Source of the DNA: Tubiluchus corallicola | Taxonomy: Eukaryota > Animalia > Priapulida | Direction: 5' to 3' | Length of the DNA stretch: 34,562 nucleotides | Assembly (NCBI GenBank): GCA_030141605.1 | Contig: JAQGDQ010001567.1 | Location: forward strand, 1-34,562 | Part shown: piece by piece, positions 25,201-34,562 of the stretch | How positions within the stretch are numbered: the first letter of the stretch is position 1 | Layout: every line of letters starts with the position of its first letter | Made by a program: the position numbers and the translations under genes | The notes under the pieces: generated by a model | What the model was told of the DNA's origin: nothing | What the model saw: only the letters and a program-made list of their open reading frames with translations | The model's database searches: none

Positions 25201-28200
25201 CAAAAAGAAAATGTCTACAAAATCTTGCAAATTATCTGTTTGTGTGCAAAGCCTCTAGATTTTCTTGTTTTATTTGCATTTTTCTGTTTGGAATCATCAG
25301 TTATTTATATTAAGATGAAATTGCTCAAAATAAAGATAAAACATTTTATAATGATTTTATTTTGAATTACTGTAGTTTTTGTTTGTAGACATGTGCAGTC
25401 TACCTTGTGTATGTTTATGCATAAGGCATTTATTGTTTACTGTACATTTATTAACAATGAAATTATGAAGTGTATTGGTTCTTGACATGAAGACGTTGAT
25501 TGGATCTTGTAGAATGGTAATGCTGCAGTCCAAGAGGGAGGACGACTTGGCACGAAAGCTCCGATTTGGGTGCCCGATGTACGTGTTACGATGTGTATGA
25601 TCTGCACGCAGGAATTCACAGTGACGTGGCGCCGCCATCACTGCCGAGCTTGTGGGAAGGTAAGGCATTAATTGTAAGATGATGCAATTGTGTTATAATT
25701 CCTTGTTTTTCTTATATTGCATTATATTAACATATAAAAAAGAAAGGTTTTCTTTAATTTATTTCTTGAAGTTTATTGTTTCCTTATTCCAAGTGCCAAT
25801 ACTGTACGAAACAATGACTTTTATAAATCTTCACAATATGGAGCTAACATAATAACATGATCGACTCAGACTATAACCTTGTAAGATCTGAACCAACAGG
25901 CAGTATCAATGATGAGAGTGCAGGAATAACAGGAGTATAGGAATAATGGAGTAGTGCAGGAATAGTGGGAGTCCAGTAATAACGGAAGTGCAGGAATAAC
26001 AGCAGTACAGGAATAACAGAGGTGTAGGAATAACTGAAGTACAGGAATAACAGGAGTGCCGGAATAACAAGACTGCGGGAATAACGGCAGTGTGGAAATG
26101 CGGTGGAGGAATAGAGGGAGTGCCGAAATAATGGATTTAGAGCAATAGAGGAAGTGCCAGAATAATGGATTTGGAGCAATAGAGTGAGTGCCGGAATAAT
26201 GGATTTGGAGCAATAGAGGGAGTGCCGGAATAATGGATTTGGAGCAATAGAGTGAGTGCTGAAATAACGGATTTGGAGCAATAGAGGGAGTGCCGGAATA
26301 ATGGATTTGGAGCAATAGAGTGAGTGCCGGAATAATGGATTTGGAGCAATAGAGGGAGTGCCGGAATAATGGATTTGGAGCAATAGAGTGAGTGCCGGAA
26401 TAATGGATTTGGAGCAATAGAGTGAGTGCTGAAATAACGGATTTGGAGCAATAGAGGGAGTGCCGGAATAATGGATTTGGAGCAATAGAGGGAGTGCCGG
26501 AATAATGGATTTGGAGCAATCGTGGGAGTGCTGAAATAACGGATTAGTGCAGGCAGTGCAGGAATAACGAAAGTGCGGGATAATGGCAGTGTGAGAATAA
26601 CGGCAGTGTGGAAATAAAGGAGGTGAAGGAATAGCGGGAGTGCCGGAATAATGGATTTGGAGAAATATCGGGAGTACTGAAATAATGGATTAATGCAGGC
26701 AGTGCTGGTATAGTGGGTGTGTGTGAATAACGGAGTGGTGCAGGAATAGCGGGAGTGCAGAAGTAACCGAAGTGCTGGAGTAACGGCAGTGCAGGAATAA
26801 TGGAGGTGGAGGAATAGCGGGAGTGCAGGAATAACAGAGGTGGAGAAATAGCCGGGAGTGCTGGAATAATGGGAGTGTAGGAATAATGGAGGTGGAGGAA
26901 TAGCGGGAGTGCAGGAATAACGGAGGTGGAGAAATAGCGGGAGTGCTGGAATAATGGAAGTGTAGGAATAATGGAGGCGGAGGAATAGCGGGTGTGCCGG
27001 AATAATGGGAGTGTAGGAATAACAGAGATGGAGGGATAGCGGGAATGCAGGATTAAGGGAACTGCAAGAATAATGGGAGTACAGGAATAACGGAGATGGG
27101 GGACTAGTGGAAGTGCGGGGATAACAGGAGAGCAGGAATAATTGGAGTGCAATAATAATGGGAGTGCAAGAATAACAGGAGTAGAGGAGGCACTCATATT
27201 AAAGAGAAGGAAGCCTGAAAGTTAATGAAAATGTGAAGATGTTTAAGAATAAAAAAAATCGATTTACATTAACAACAACATTTAATAATAAACAACAAGA
27301 CATAGCAGTGTTTTCTCTAGTAAAGCTTACCATGTAAACAATCCTTTGGGCAGCAAGAACAGGTTTGTGCTTATTCTTTAACATTTGTTTGTTTCTCTTT
27401 TTGATTAGGTGATCTGTGGCTCTTGTTCGGGGAATCGAGCTCCACTGCAATACCTGAAGTATGATTGTGGACGTGTCTGTGATCCGTGTTTTGACACACT
27501 TTTCAAAGGTGAATGCTAGTTTTATATGTTTAATATTTAACAAACTAATTTATTAACTTTAGAATTAGCATTCTGAACAATTAGTGATATTTTGAGAGCA
27601 TAATCATTCTTAAATATTTGATTATAATTTCTGCACCAACTTATATTTTATATCTTATCTATAGGCAATAGTTCTCAATTTCATAATTTAAATGATGATT
27701 TCTTAATATTCTTATAACGATATCAAATCTGAGTTGTTGTTCTTCAAGCACTTTTTAAAATTAAAAAACTTAACGTTGATTTTTAGTGACTGCATTTGTG
27801 TATCCATCATTCACAGTGACGTGTAACTGATTTTTTTTAGATTTTGAAGCCGATTTGTCTGAAGAATCCGATGCTGCTGTGTCCAGTAGCAGTGCGACCA
27901 GTATGACCGATAGCTATATACCAAATAACAACAAAGAGCCCATCTCTAAAGAAGAGATCCGTTCCAGGTTTAAGAAGACAAATATGGAAAAGAGAATACT
28001 GAAAAGACCTAATGTGCTAAAAGAGGTTTGATTTATATTTTTCTCTAATTATCCTAAATGGTTCGTAAGAAGTAATTTGCTGCTAAAGTTCATATCAACC
28101 AATAGAGATTTTACACAACTACAGAACTCACGTGTTTACATGACAAAAATGCATAATACGTAATTTTGTAAATGAGTTTAGTTTGAAACACAAGTATGAG

Positions 28201-31200
28201 TAATTTAAGATACAATCCCATCACTTTTAGAAACATTGCACAAGGAAAGAGTAAACTTAAATTTAAGAACAAATTGTAACTGTTTCATTCTGATATTCGT
28301 TTCATTGTGTTTCACTGATAATACTTTATGCTGTGTAATGAGTTGTTAGCTTACTGGCATAGGAAAAGTTCAATTAAATAAGAGTTATTTCAATTAGTTT
28401 TGTTACTATGACAATATCAAAACATATTAATGGCTGGTCGTGCTGTATCTCAATAACGTAAACTCCAATCTTGATCTATATCTGTCTGATCAGAGTATAA
28501 ATACATTGTTTTTTCTCTCTATGGCCTCAAACTTCTCAGACACAAAAAAGAAAATTTGGTAAGAAATGTGTTTTCATATTTTAACATTGCTTGTGATTGT
28601 TTTAGCCATTTAACAGAGATGTAGTTACTGCTTCATGTAGTTGAACTTCCTGATGGCTTCATTTGCAGGTGATGGCTAATGATGCTGGCTCAGATATCAG
28701 TGGTTACTTGGATAAACACGTGAAAAAAGGAAAGTGGGATCACCTATGGTTTGTTGTTAAAGAGAAGGTGCTTTACATATACAAAGCTAGTGAGGTGAGG
28801 GATTTTCACAGTCCTGTTGACAATTCTTATATTTTTCCACGACTCTGAATTTAATAGCTGTTAATTATCATATAGACTATTCTTGATTTTTATGCAGATA
28901 GACTAGTTTATTATTATTATTATAATTTCCCCCAAAATGCCTAAAATAGACATCATCTTGTTACCTATCACATCATGTGATATAGAATATTGCTAATTGT
29001 TATACACACATAACTAATTTTGTCCATATTTATCATCCTAGTATTCTCTTAATTTTTGTAAATATGTAAATCTTGTAAATAACTGAGTTTTTAAGTTCTA
29101 TTCATTTCCAGTAATTTTATAATATCGTAGTTTTTTTTCATGATGTTAGTTGTAGATGATGCTATTGCCAATATTCAGTCAGTCTCATAATGTCATATAT
29201 TAGAATGTTTACAAATTATTAAAGTTTCCTGTTTGTTGTCTTATGAAATACTAGTGCCTGGCTGGTTTAAATATAATTTTATTGAAGATGTAAGATCAGA
29301 CAAATTATGTTTGAAGCAGATAGCTTTACAACTGATATATGTTCTTCCCTAGTGGGAGCTGAATACAAGAGAGATGTAGAACAATGGTGACCACAATGTA
29401 CAAAAAATGTTGCAATAAATATGAACATTATTTAAGAGAAACATAGTTAGCACTGTTTAAAGCACTTTATGAAAAGCATGAAAGTGTTTATCAAAGATTA
29501 ACATAGCAAATTCTGGCAGTGTGGCTCATAATGAGTAAACGCTTCTGGTTCAGGGAGTAAACCCTTCTGGCTCATAATGAGTAAACGCTTCTGGTTCAGG
29601 GAGTAAACCCTTCTGGCTCGTAATGAGTAAACGCTTCTGGTTCAGGGAGTAAACCCTTCCGGCTCGTAATGAGTAAACGCTTCTGGTTCACGGAGTAAAC
29701 GCTTCTGGCTCAGGGGTCAACCCTTTTGGCTGGTAATGAGTAAACGCTTCTGGTTCAGAGAGTAAACCCTTCCGGCTCGTAATGAGTAAACGCTTCTGGT
29801 TCACGGAGTAAACGCTTCTGGCTCAGGGGTCAACCCTTCTGGCTGGTAATGAGTAAACGCTTCTGGTTCAGGGAGTTAACCCTTCTGGCTCGTAATGAGT
29901 AAACGCTTCTGGTTCAGGGAGTAAACCCTTCTGGCTGGTAATGAGTAAACGCTTCTGGTTCAGGGAGTTAACCCTTCTGGCTCGTAATGAGTAAACGCTT
30001 CTGGTTCACGGAGTAAACGCTTCTGGCTCAGGGGTCAACCCTTCTGGCTCGTAATGAGTAAACGCTTCTGGTTCACGGAGTAAACGCTTCTGGCTCAGGG
30101 GTCAACCCTTCTGGCTGGTAATGAGTAAACGCTTCTGGTTCAGGGAGTTAACCCTTCTGGCTCGTAATGAGTAAACGCTTCTGGTTCAGGGAGTAAACCC
30201 TTCTGTCTCGTAATGAGTAAACGCTTCTGGCTCATGGTGTAAACTAGTCTTATGATGTAAACATGTGGAAATAGTGATAAGTATTTATCAATATTTATGT
30301 TCACTAGTATTTTTTGTTTTCTCCAGCTGTTTTAACCAGTTGTTATAATTTTGTTTTTTCTTTATTATTTGTAGGATGTTGCTGCATTGAAGACAATACC
30401 TTTGCTTGGCTATGAAGTCAGTGGTATAGACAAGCATGATCAGGTTAGTACCACTATAATGTACTTTTTATGCAGTTTATTACTCCGCATCCTAAAGTAT
30501 ACAGCATTTATAGCATACTCGTTGCAAATATTTGTGACAGGACTGAAAACAAGTTCATTAACAAGGATATTTCTTCAAAATGAGAAACTAATGTAGTGGA
30601 AATGTTATTATAGCATTCTCCCCCAGTGATGAAAATGGGAGTGGGGGCAGTATGACAATGGCCTGAAGCCAGTTTTCAAGATGATCACCTATCCGCCTTC
30701 TGACTGCATTTGGCATTGCTTAATTTCAATTACTTAGTACACTATAACCATTCGGCTATTCTTCTCATCTTAAGTGATTTAGCTGGTATCGTCTTTCTCG
30801 TGGATGTAGTTAATATCTCACTGGTTGTTCTAGGAGTTTGGTAGTCCAGGATCTGAGTTGATCATTCATCTTTTGCATAAGGGTAAAGTCATGTACGTTT
30901 TTCGTGCAGAGAGCGAGGAAGCTAGAGACAGGTAAGCTTCAACAATCAACGTTTACATTCACTTTTCATTCTAATATGTTTCAAGATTCCGGTGACTGAT
31001 GATGATCGTGAAAACGTCAAAGGTTAAATGTAGCTGACCTGAGTGATTCATGTTCACATTTGTTGTCGTCATGATTGTGGCTTATTTTCATCGGCCGACT
31101 GCTCCTTTACGTGGTGTTTTCATATTAGATTTACATATTTATTAATCCAGCAATATAATTAGTTAGCAGCTCATCTGATACTAGTGTTCATGTTGAGTAC

Positions 31201-31498
31201 TGGGCTAAAGGTACAAATGACCTTTAATTGACCTACAGCAGCTGTAAAAGGCATACCTGTACCATAACACTGAAAATGTTTATTGCAGTCAGAAATTGAC
31301 TAATTTCTTTTTTGATCACTTTGAACAAACGTTCCTTTTTGAAAAATGTTGGTTACTGTTTGCTGCATCTTACTGAATTTGAGGCAGAAATTTTATACTT
31401 TTTTATCATAAAATTTGTAAGAGCATAAGTTGTATATAACATGATTTTGTTGTTACAGGTGGATACATGTCCTCTCTGAAGCTTCTGTCTTATCGTAA
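10521..31498 (+). CDS. FGD6: FYVE, RhoGEF and PH domain-containing protein (FGD5/6 family, FGD6-like), 20 coding exons, 1179 aa
   Basis: Hand-spliced join: 10521-10524, 12207-12279, 13131-14811, 15948-16043, 17989-18140, 19834-19990, 20383-20467, 20920-20970, 21086-21144, 21837-21980, 22518-22601, 23503-23582, 24593-24701, 25513-25659, 27409-27508, 27841-28025, 28669-28794, 30375-30443, 30834-30931, 31459-31498. All introns are GT-AG and phases are consistent. DH motifs [19 protein letters not shown] and [15 protein letters not shown]; PH1 [12 protein letters not shown]; [20 protein letters not shown]; PH2 [27 protein letters not shown]. These resemble vertebrate FGD6 as I recall it; no alignment was run. 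Confidence 0.93.
11283..11884. mobile_element. Non-autonomous hAT element (602 bp)
   Basis: TIRs cagggatattac / gtaacatccctg (1 mismatch) and a perfect 8-bp TSD GTGAAAAC at 11275-11282 and 11885-11892. Confidence 0.9.
12207..12279 (+). CDS. FGD6: FGD6-like exon 2 ([25 protein letters not shown])
   Basis: ttttgcag acceptor and ag|gtgtga donor; proline-rich PPLPPKP N-terminal motif; in phase with 13131. Confidence 0.8.
13131..14811 (+). CDS. FGD6: FGD6-like large exon 3, Ser-rich disordered N-terminal region
   Basis: Accounts for the 569-aa ORF 13141-14850; acceptor tttctag at 13130; donor aag|gtagaa is phase 0 into the DH exon. Confidence 0.88.
14862..15080. mobile_element. MITE with 16-bp perfect inverted ends (PIF/Harbinger-like)
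   Basis: ataagccttttcacag ... ctgtgaaaaggcttat; TAA/TTA flanks. Confidence 0.7.
15087..15474. mobile_element. hAT-like MITE
   Basis: Perfect 12-bp TIR cagggttcccac / gtgggaaccctg and internal aaagtcagggaa subterminal repeats; TSD not preserved. Confidence 0.8.
15948..16043 (+). CDS. FGD6: FGD6-like exon, start of DH domain ([32 protein letters not shown])
   Basis: DH CR1 motif; tttttag / gtttgt splice sites. Confidence 0.92.
16213..16255. repeat. (GAT)n microsatellite
   Basis: Directly visible; explains the poly-M and poly-H ORFs. Confidence 0.92.
17989..18140 (+). CDS. FGD6: FGD6-like DH exon ([51 protein letters not shown])
   Basis: GKPVI..LNQIL..PQL..LN..LL pattern; canonical splice sites. 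Confidence 0.92.
19834..19990 (+). CDS. FGD6: FGD6-like DH exon ([27 protein letters not shown]...RNFE)
   Basis: IADI...GPFLKLY..Y DH motif; tttag / gtatgt. Confidence 0.92.
20383..20467 (+). CDS. FGD6: FGD6-like DH exon ([28 protein letters not shown])
   Basis: DH CR3 signature PxQRIPxY. Confidence 0.93.
20757..20905. repeat. 13-bp-based tandem repeat (tgtacaatgtt..) running into the 20920 acceptor
   Basis: Repeated tgtaca(a/t)tgtt(t/c)(a/t/g) units with a 39-bp super-period. Confidence 0.85.
20920..20970 (+). CDS. FGD6: FGD6-like DH exon ([17 protein letters not shown])
   Basis: tttcag / gtgagt, phase 1-1. Confidence 0.9.
21086..21144 (+). CDS. FGD6: FGD6-like DH end exon ([20 protein letters not shown])
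   Basis: AL..V..VANHAN DH C-terminal helix; tgcag / gtgagc. Confidence 0.9.
21837..21980 (+). CDS. FGD6: FGD6-like PH1 start exon ([10 protein letters not shown]...[26 protein letters not shown])
   Basis: DH-PH linker and PH beta1-beta2. Confidence 0.92.
22518..22601 (+). CDS. FGD6: FGD6-like PH1 exon ([28 protein letters not shown])
   Basis: NDxLLY PH motif; ttctag / gtttgt. Confidence 0.9.
23503..23582 (+). CDS. FGD6: FGD6-like PH1 exon ([26 protein letters not shown])
   Basis: ttgcag / gtgtgt, phase 0-2. Confidence 0.9.
23960..24150 (-). pseudogene. Decayed hAT transposase fragment, C-terminal dimerisation (hATC) domain
   Basis: Minus translation [37 protein letters not shown] matches the V.xASxERSFSxLKxIKNYLRSTMxxxRLxxLxxLxIE consensus, with an in-frame stop. 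Confidence 0.85.
24593..24701 (+). CDS. FGD6: FGD6-like PH1 end exon ([17 protein letters not shown]...PCVT)
   Basis: PH C-terminal helix ERDEWxxAI; donor gtaaga. Confidence 0.92.
24765..24870. repeat. ~30-bp tandem repeat (gtgtatatagtagtggtatgtgtgagtaat)
   Basis: About 3 imperfect copies. Confidence 0.8.
25513..25659 (+). CDS. FGD6: FGD6-like FYVE exon 1 ([38 protein letters not shown])
   Basis: WxxD and RRHHCRxCG FYVE signatures. Confidence 0.95.
25915..27190. repeat. 1.3-kb purine-rich minisatellite: 17-bp monomers with a homogeneous 34-bp core
   Basis: Flanks ~gtgcaggaataacggga; core ~26110-26545 gtgccggaataatggatttggagcaatagaggga. Confidence 0.95.
27409..27508 (+). CDS. FGD6: FGD6-like FYVE exon 2 ([33 protein letters not shown])
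   Basis: CxxC and RVCxxC zinc ligands. Confidence 0.94.
27841..28025 (+). CDS. FGD6: FGD6-like FYVE-PH2 linker exon (DFEADLSEE...KRPNVLKE)
   Basis: Open frame, phase 1-0, ending P..LKE before PH2. Confidence 0.87.
28669..28794 (+). CDS. FGD6: FGD6-like PH2 exon ([42 protein letters not shown])
   Basis: Second PH domain N-terminal strands. Confidence 0.93.
29525..30234. repeat. Compound minisatellite of related 24/22/21-bp units
   Basis: A=ctcgtaatgagtaaacgcttctgg, B=ttcagggagtaaacccttctgg, C=ctcaggggtcaacccttctgg arranged as AB and ABC blocks. Confidence 0.95.
30375..30443 (+). CDS. FGD6: FGD6-like PH2 exon ([23 protein letters not shown])
   Basis: DVAAL..PLLG[FY] motif; ttgtag / gttagt. 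Confidence 0.92.
30834..30931 (+). CDS. FGD6: FGD6-like PH2 exon ([33 protein letters not shown])
   Basis: LLHK...YVFxA motif; ttctag / gtaagc. Confidence 0.9.
31459..31498 (+). CDS. FGD6: FGD6-like last coding exon ([12 protein letters not shown])
   Basis: Conserved PH-terminal Trp helix, then TAA at 31496-31498. Confidence 0.88.
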
Positions 31499-32781
31499 TG
31501 TTATCGTGGTAAGTAATAAAGTTTTTTTTTACTATGTGATTGAACGAGAATTGTATTTTCCCTTTTGTGTAGTAACATTTACTGTCCATTTACAGCAGCA
31601 GTGAAATCTTCTTGCTGTCATTGTTGATACAGTTTAGCCTTCTGCAAGTTGAAATCCAGTCCTCTTCATTGCTCAATGGCAGAGAAAAGTCAGCAAATAA
31701 GTACTTTGAAATACTGCTTAGTACTGTAATGAATAAAGGTGCAGGACAAACTAAGTCCGCAGGTGTTACTTCCAATGTCATGAAGGGGATCCAAGCATTA
31801 AAATGAAATCCAACAAGAGCTGTCATTTGCCTATATTCCATGTCTAGTTATTATATTGCACGCCTTGAGCCAGAAAAGTAAGCAGCAAGATTTTTAAGCT
31901 AGTAAAAAATATCTAATTGTAACTGGCATCGTGGGAACTATCTAAACAATTATTATCTTATTGTGCGGTACATGTCTGTCTGAGCAGTCTAATTACTATC
32001 TTTTTGGAAAAAACATAGCGTGCATATTACATAAATGCCAGTAGTTTTGCCATTTTTATAGCAAATTCTAGAAGCTTTGACAGCAGATTTGACTGGCATT
32101 TATAAAAAGATTCTTTCATGTATTGATTTTACCAGTATAGAGTTACAGTACTAGAGTTCGGTAAAACTGACCAAAATACGGTATATACTTGTACTAAAAC
32201 ATTTGCATCAGGGCCATTTACAGTTTTGTTTATTTACAGGTATCTCAAGCTGTGTAAACAGTTTGCCTCAATGGTTTTCAGAAATTATAGAAAAACTTGG
32301 AGAATTGTCAAAATTCAGAAATTTTTTTCAGTAATTCACTGCAAGATCGGATACTACATCAGTGTGCAAACAGTACAGCTTATTCATGTTGATCAAAGCA
32401 TGTTCACTAGTTATGGCTTTTTATATCAGTATTTTATTATTAGTTTGTCATAAAACTGTCATTATTAGGACCAGATTTAAGTCAGAATTTATTAGGAGTA
32501 AGAAGGCTATTATTGCATCATCAGTATCATCTAAGCTTATCTAGTACTCAGTTAACACTGCATAAAATTATAAGTGAAATGGACCAGTTTTCAAGCCAGA
32601 GATTTTATTTTAATTATTTTTTATATAAATTGTCCTACCTAGGTCAATGGCCTAACTTATAGCAAAAAAATGAAACTATGAACACAGGTAAAAAGAATAA
32701 AATTGTTGTAACTGATCTGCTAGTGATAAAGGTATCTGTTGACATTCTGTTTGCCAGGTATAGTTAAAATTTATATCAGTT

Positions 32782-33028
32782 TGTCGCCACCCACGTGCAC
32801 CAGTGACTGTTACCTGTCACCGCCCATGTCCACCTGTGACTGTTACCTGTCACCACCCATGTGCACCTGTGACTGTTACCTGTCACCACCCACGTGCACC
32901 CGTGACTGTTACCTGTCACCACCCATGTGCACCCGTGACTGTTACCTGTCACCACCCATGTGCACCCGTGACTGTTACCTGTCACCACCCACATGCAACT
33001 GTGACTGTTACCTGCCACCACCCATGTC
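32782..33028. repeat. 33-bp minisatellite, ~7.5 copies
   Basis: Unit gtgactgttacctgtcaccacccatgtgcaccc. Confidence 0.95.
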
Positions 33029-34562
33029 CTCTGTGCCAATACACATTTACATTCACTTTTCACCTGATGATATGTCAGTACACCAAAGCATTACTTGTGT
33101 TTTTGGGACAGTTAACTATACATTTTTCATAAGTAACTAATGGTATTTACTATATGTGATATAGGAATTATATTGTTCAATTCTATATTTTTATTACTTT
33201 TAATTAATTATTATTGTTATAATCATGTGTTAAATATGTACTTTGAGGTATTTACTAGAACTGGCATACTCCGGTTCTAGTATTAATATTATTATGCATA
33301 TTAAAAGTTTTAGGTATTTATTTGTATATTGTTATTGTTATTTAAATAGTTTTGCTTGCTTCATACATTTGCAGAATTAGTAGGTAGTTCAACATTATTA
33401 TGTGTGTGTGACAATTTATCTGACTTTAATGACTGATGCATAATTGCTGTACTTTGCAACAAAATTCATTTTGATATTCATAGAAATTGATAATCATCAC
33501 AGCTTTTAACATCTTTTACATCTCTGTTACACCTTATTAATTTTGTGTATTTAATTATACTAATGAATGTTATTTTGTTATTAAGCAATACAATTGTTTT
33601 GTTACCATATTTCAGTAACATGTATAGCACTTTATTATATATAATAATATTCCTTTAACTTTTTCCCCGCAATTTACGAAAATGTCAACAGATGCCTACT
33701 TATCAGCATTTTTTCATTTGCAGTATTTTGATAACTTTTGGTCAGATGAACTTCTGTCTTCCATAAAGAATAAATAATGTATTTAATGCTTCTGTATTTA
33801 CTGTGACTCTGTCTTCCCATAACAAATAATACTAACTGCATTTACTGTATGTTTGCCATAGTTACAATTTATTGTTATTGTTCAATTTGTTAACTGTTTT
33901 TACTGTCTTTTGCTACAGTAACATACATCATACAGCTATACACTGTTATTGTTGTATATTCTAATGTTGCTTGTCAGGAATGTGTTCTAGTGTCTAATCC
34001 CTGGTCCAGTGATATAGCTAATAGGGGAGCTATTGGTAAATTGGGACCAACGGACCAATTGCCCTGACATGAGCACTTTCTCCTTCCTCTTACCAGCAGG
34101 TGTTATGCATAATGTCTATTGTCAACACTATCTACATCTATAGTGCTGCTATCTATTACATTTATTATGAACTGATAAAGATCCTGCTTACCCTACTATA
34201 TGATCGGCATCTATGATGTAATGCACATTTTCTTTTCGGCTTCATCTTATCAGTAGAAGATAGTATCACATTGTTATTATATATTAATAGGCTAGTGCCC
34301 ACACAGTTAATTTACTAATCCTATATCAGTAATTAATTAATTATCTATAATCTCTACTGCAAGATTGAGATTAGTTACATTCAAAAATAATTATGAATTT
34401 ACATATGTAATTGATTATGGGTGAGTTCCTTCATTAATAACAGTCATGGAATTACAAGTATGTCTAATTAATGTGTGGCTATTTATTATAATCATTAAAC
34501 TAACCCAACATGACGTGCCACAAGTGTAATGACGGCAATTTTATTTCCTCATATTAGATGTA

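Noticed and set aside
25866-27197. Long minus-strand ORFs of 104-217 aa
   Set aside because: Translations of the 17/34-bp minisatellite; the same peptide appears in all three frames because 34 is not a multiple of 3.
29525-30234. CRISPR-like alternating repeat pattern
   Set aside because: The would-be spacers are themselves repeats, the context is a eukaryotic intron, and there are no cas genes.
10525-31458. U12-type or non-canonical introns in the FGD6-like gene
   Set aside because: All 19 introns are GT-AG and none has the RTATCCT U12 donor.
32739-33140. Cys/Pro-rich ORFs (DCYLSPPMCTR repeats)
   Set aside because: Open in several frames simply because the 33-bp unit lacks stops; no independent coding evidence.

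Overview
AT-rich, intron-rich invertebrate (metazoan) genomic DNA; the SINE-like fragments resemble lophotrochozoan ones, but I cannot name the species. The main feature is a complete + strand FGD6-like gene (disordered N-terminus, DH/RhoGEF, PH, FYVE, PH). I assembled it by hand from 20 GT-AG coding exons (10521-31498, 3540 nt, 1179 aa), with every junction in phase. Its introns hold MITEs (a hAT with an 8-bp TSD, two abutting TTAA-flanked palindromes), a decayed hAT transposase fragment and large higher-order minisatellites. The first ~8.6 kb holds a divergently oriented, unidentified - strand spliced unit that runs off the left edge. That unit has several candidate first exons, each near a recurring RFX/CRE-like promoter module, plus a 45-bp tandem repeat carrying one splice donor per copy. 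There are no prokaryotic features or CRISPR array, and most short ORFs in the track are intronic noise or repeat translations.
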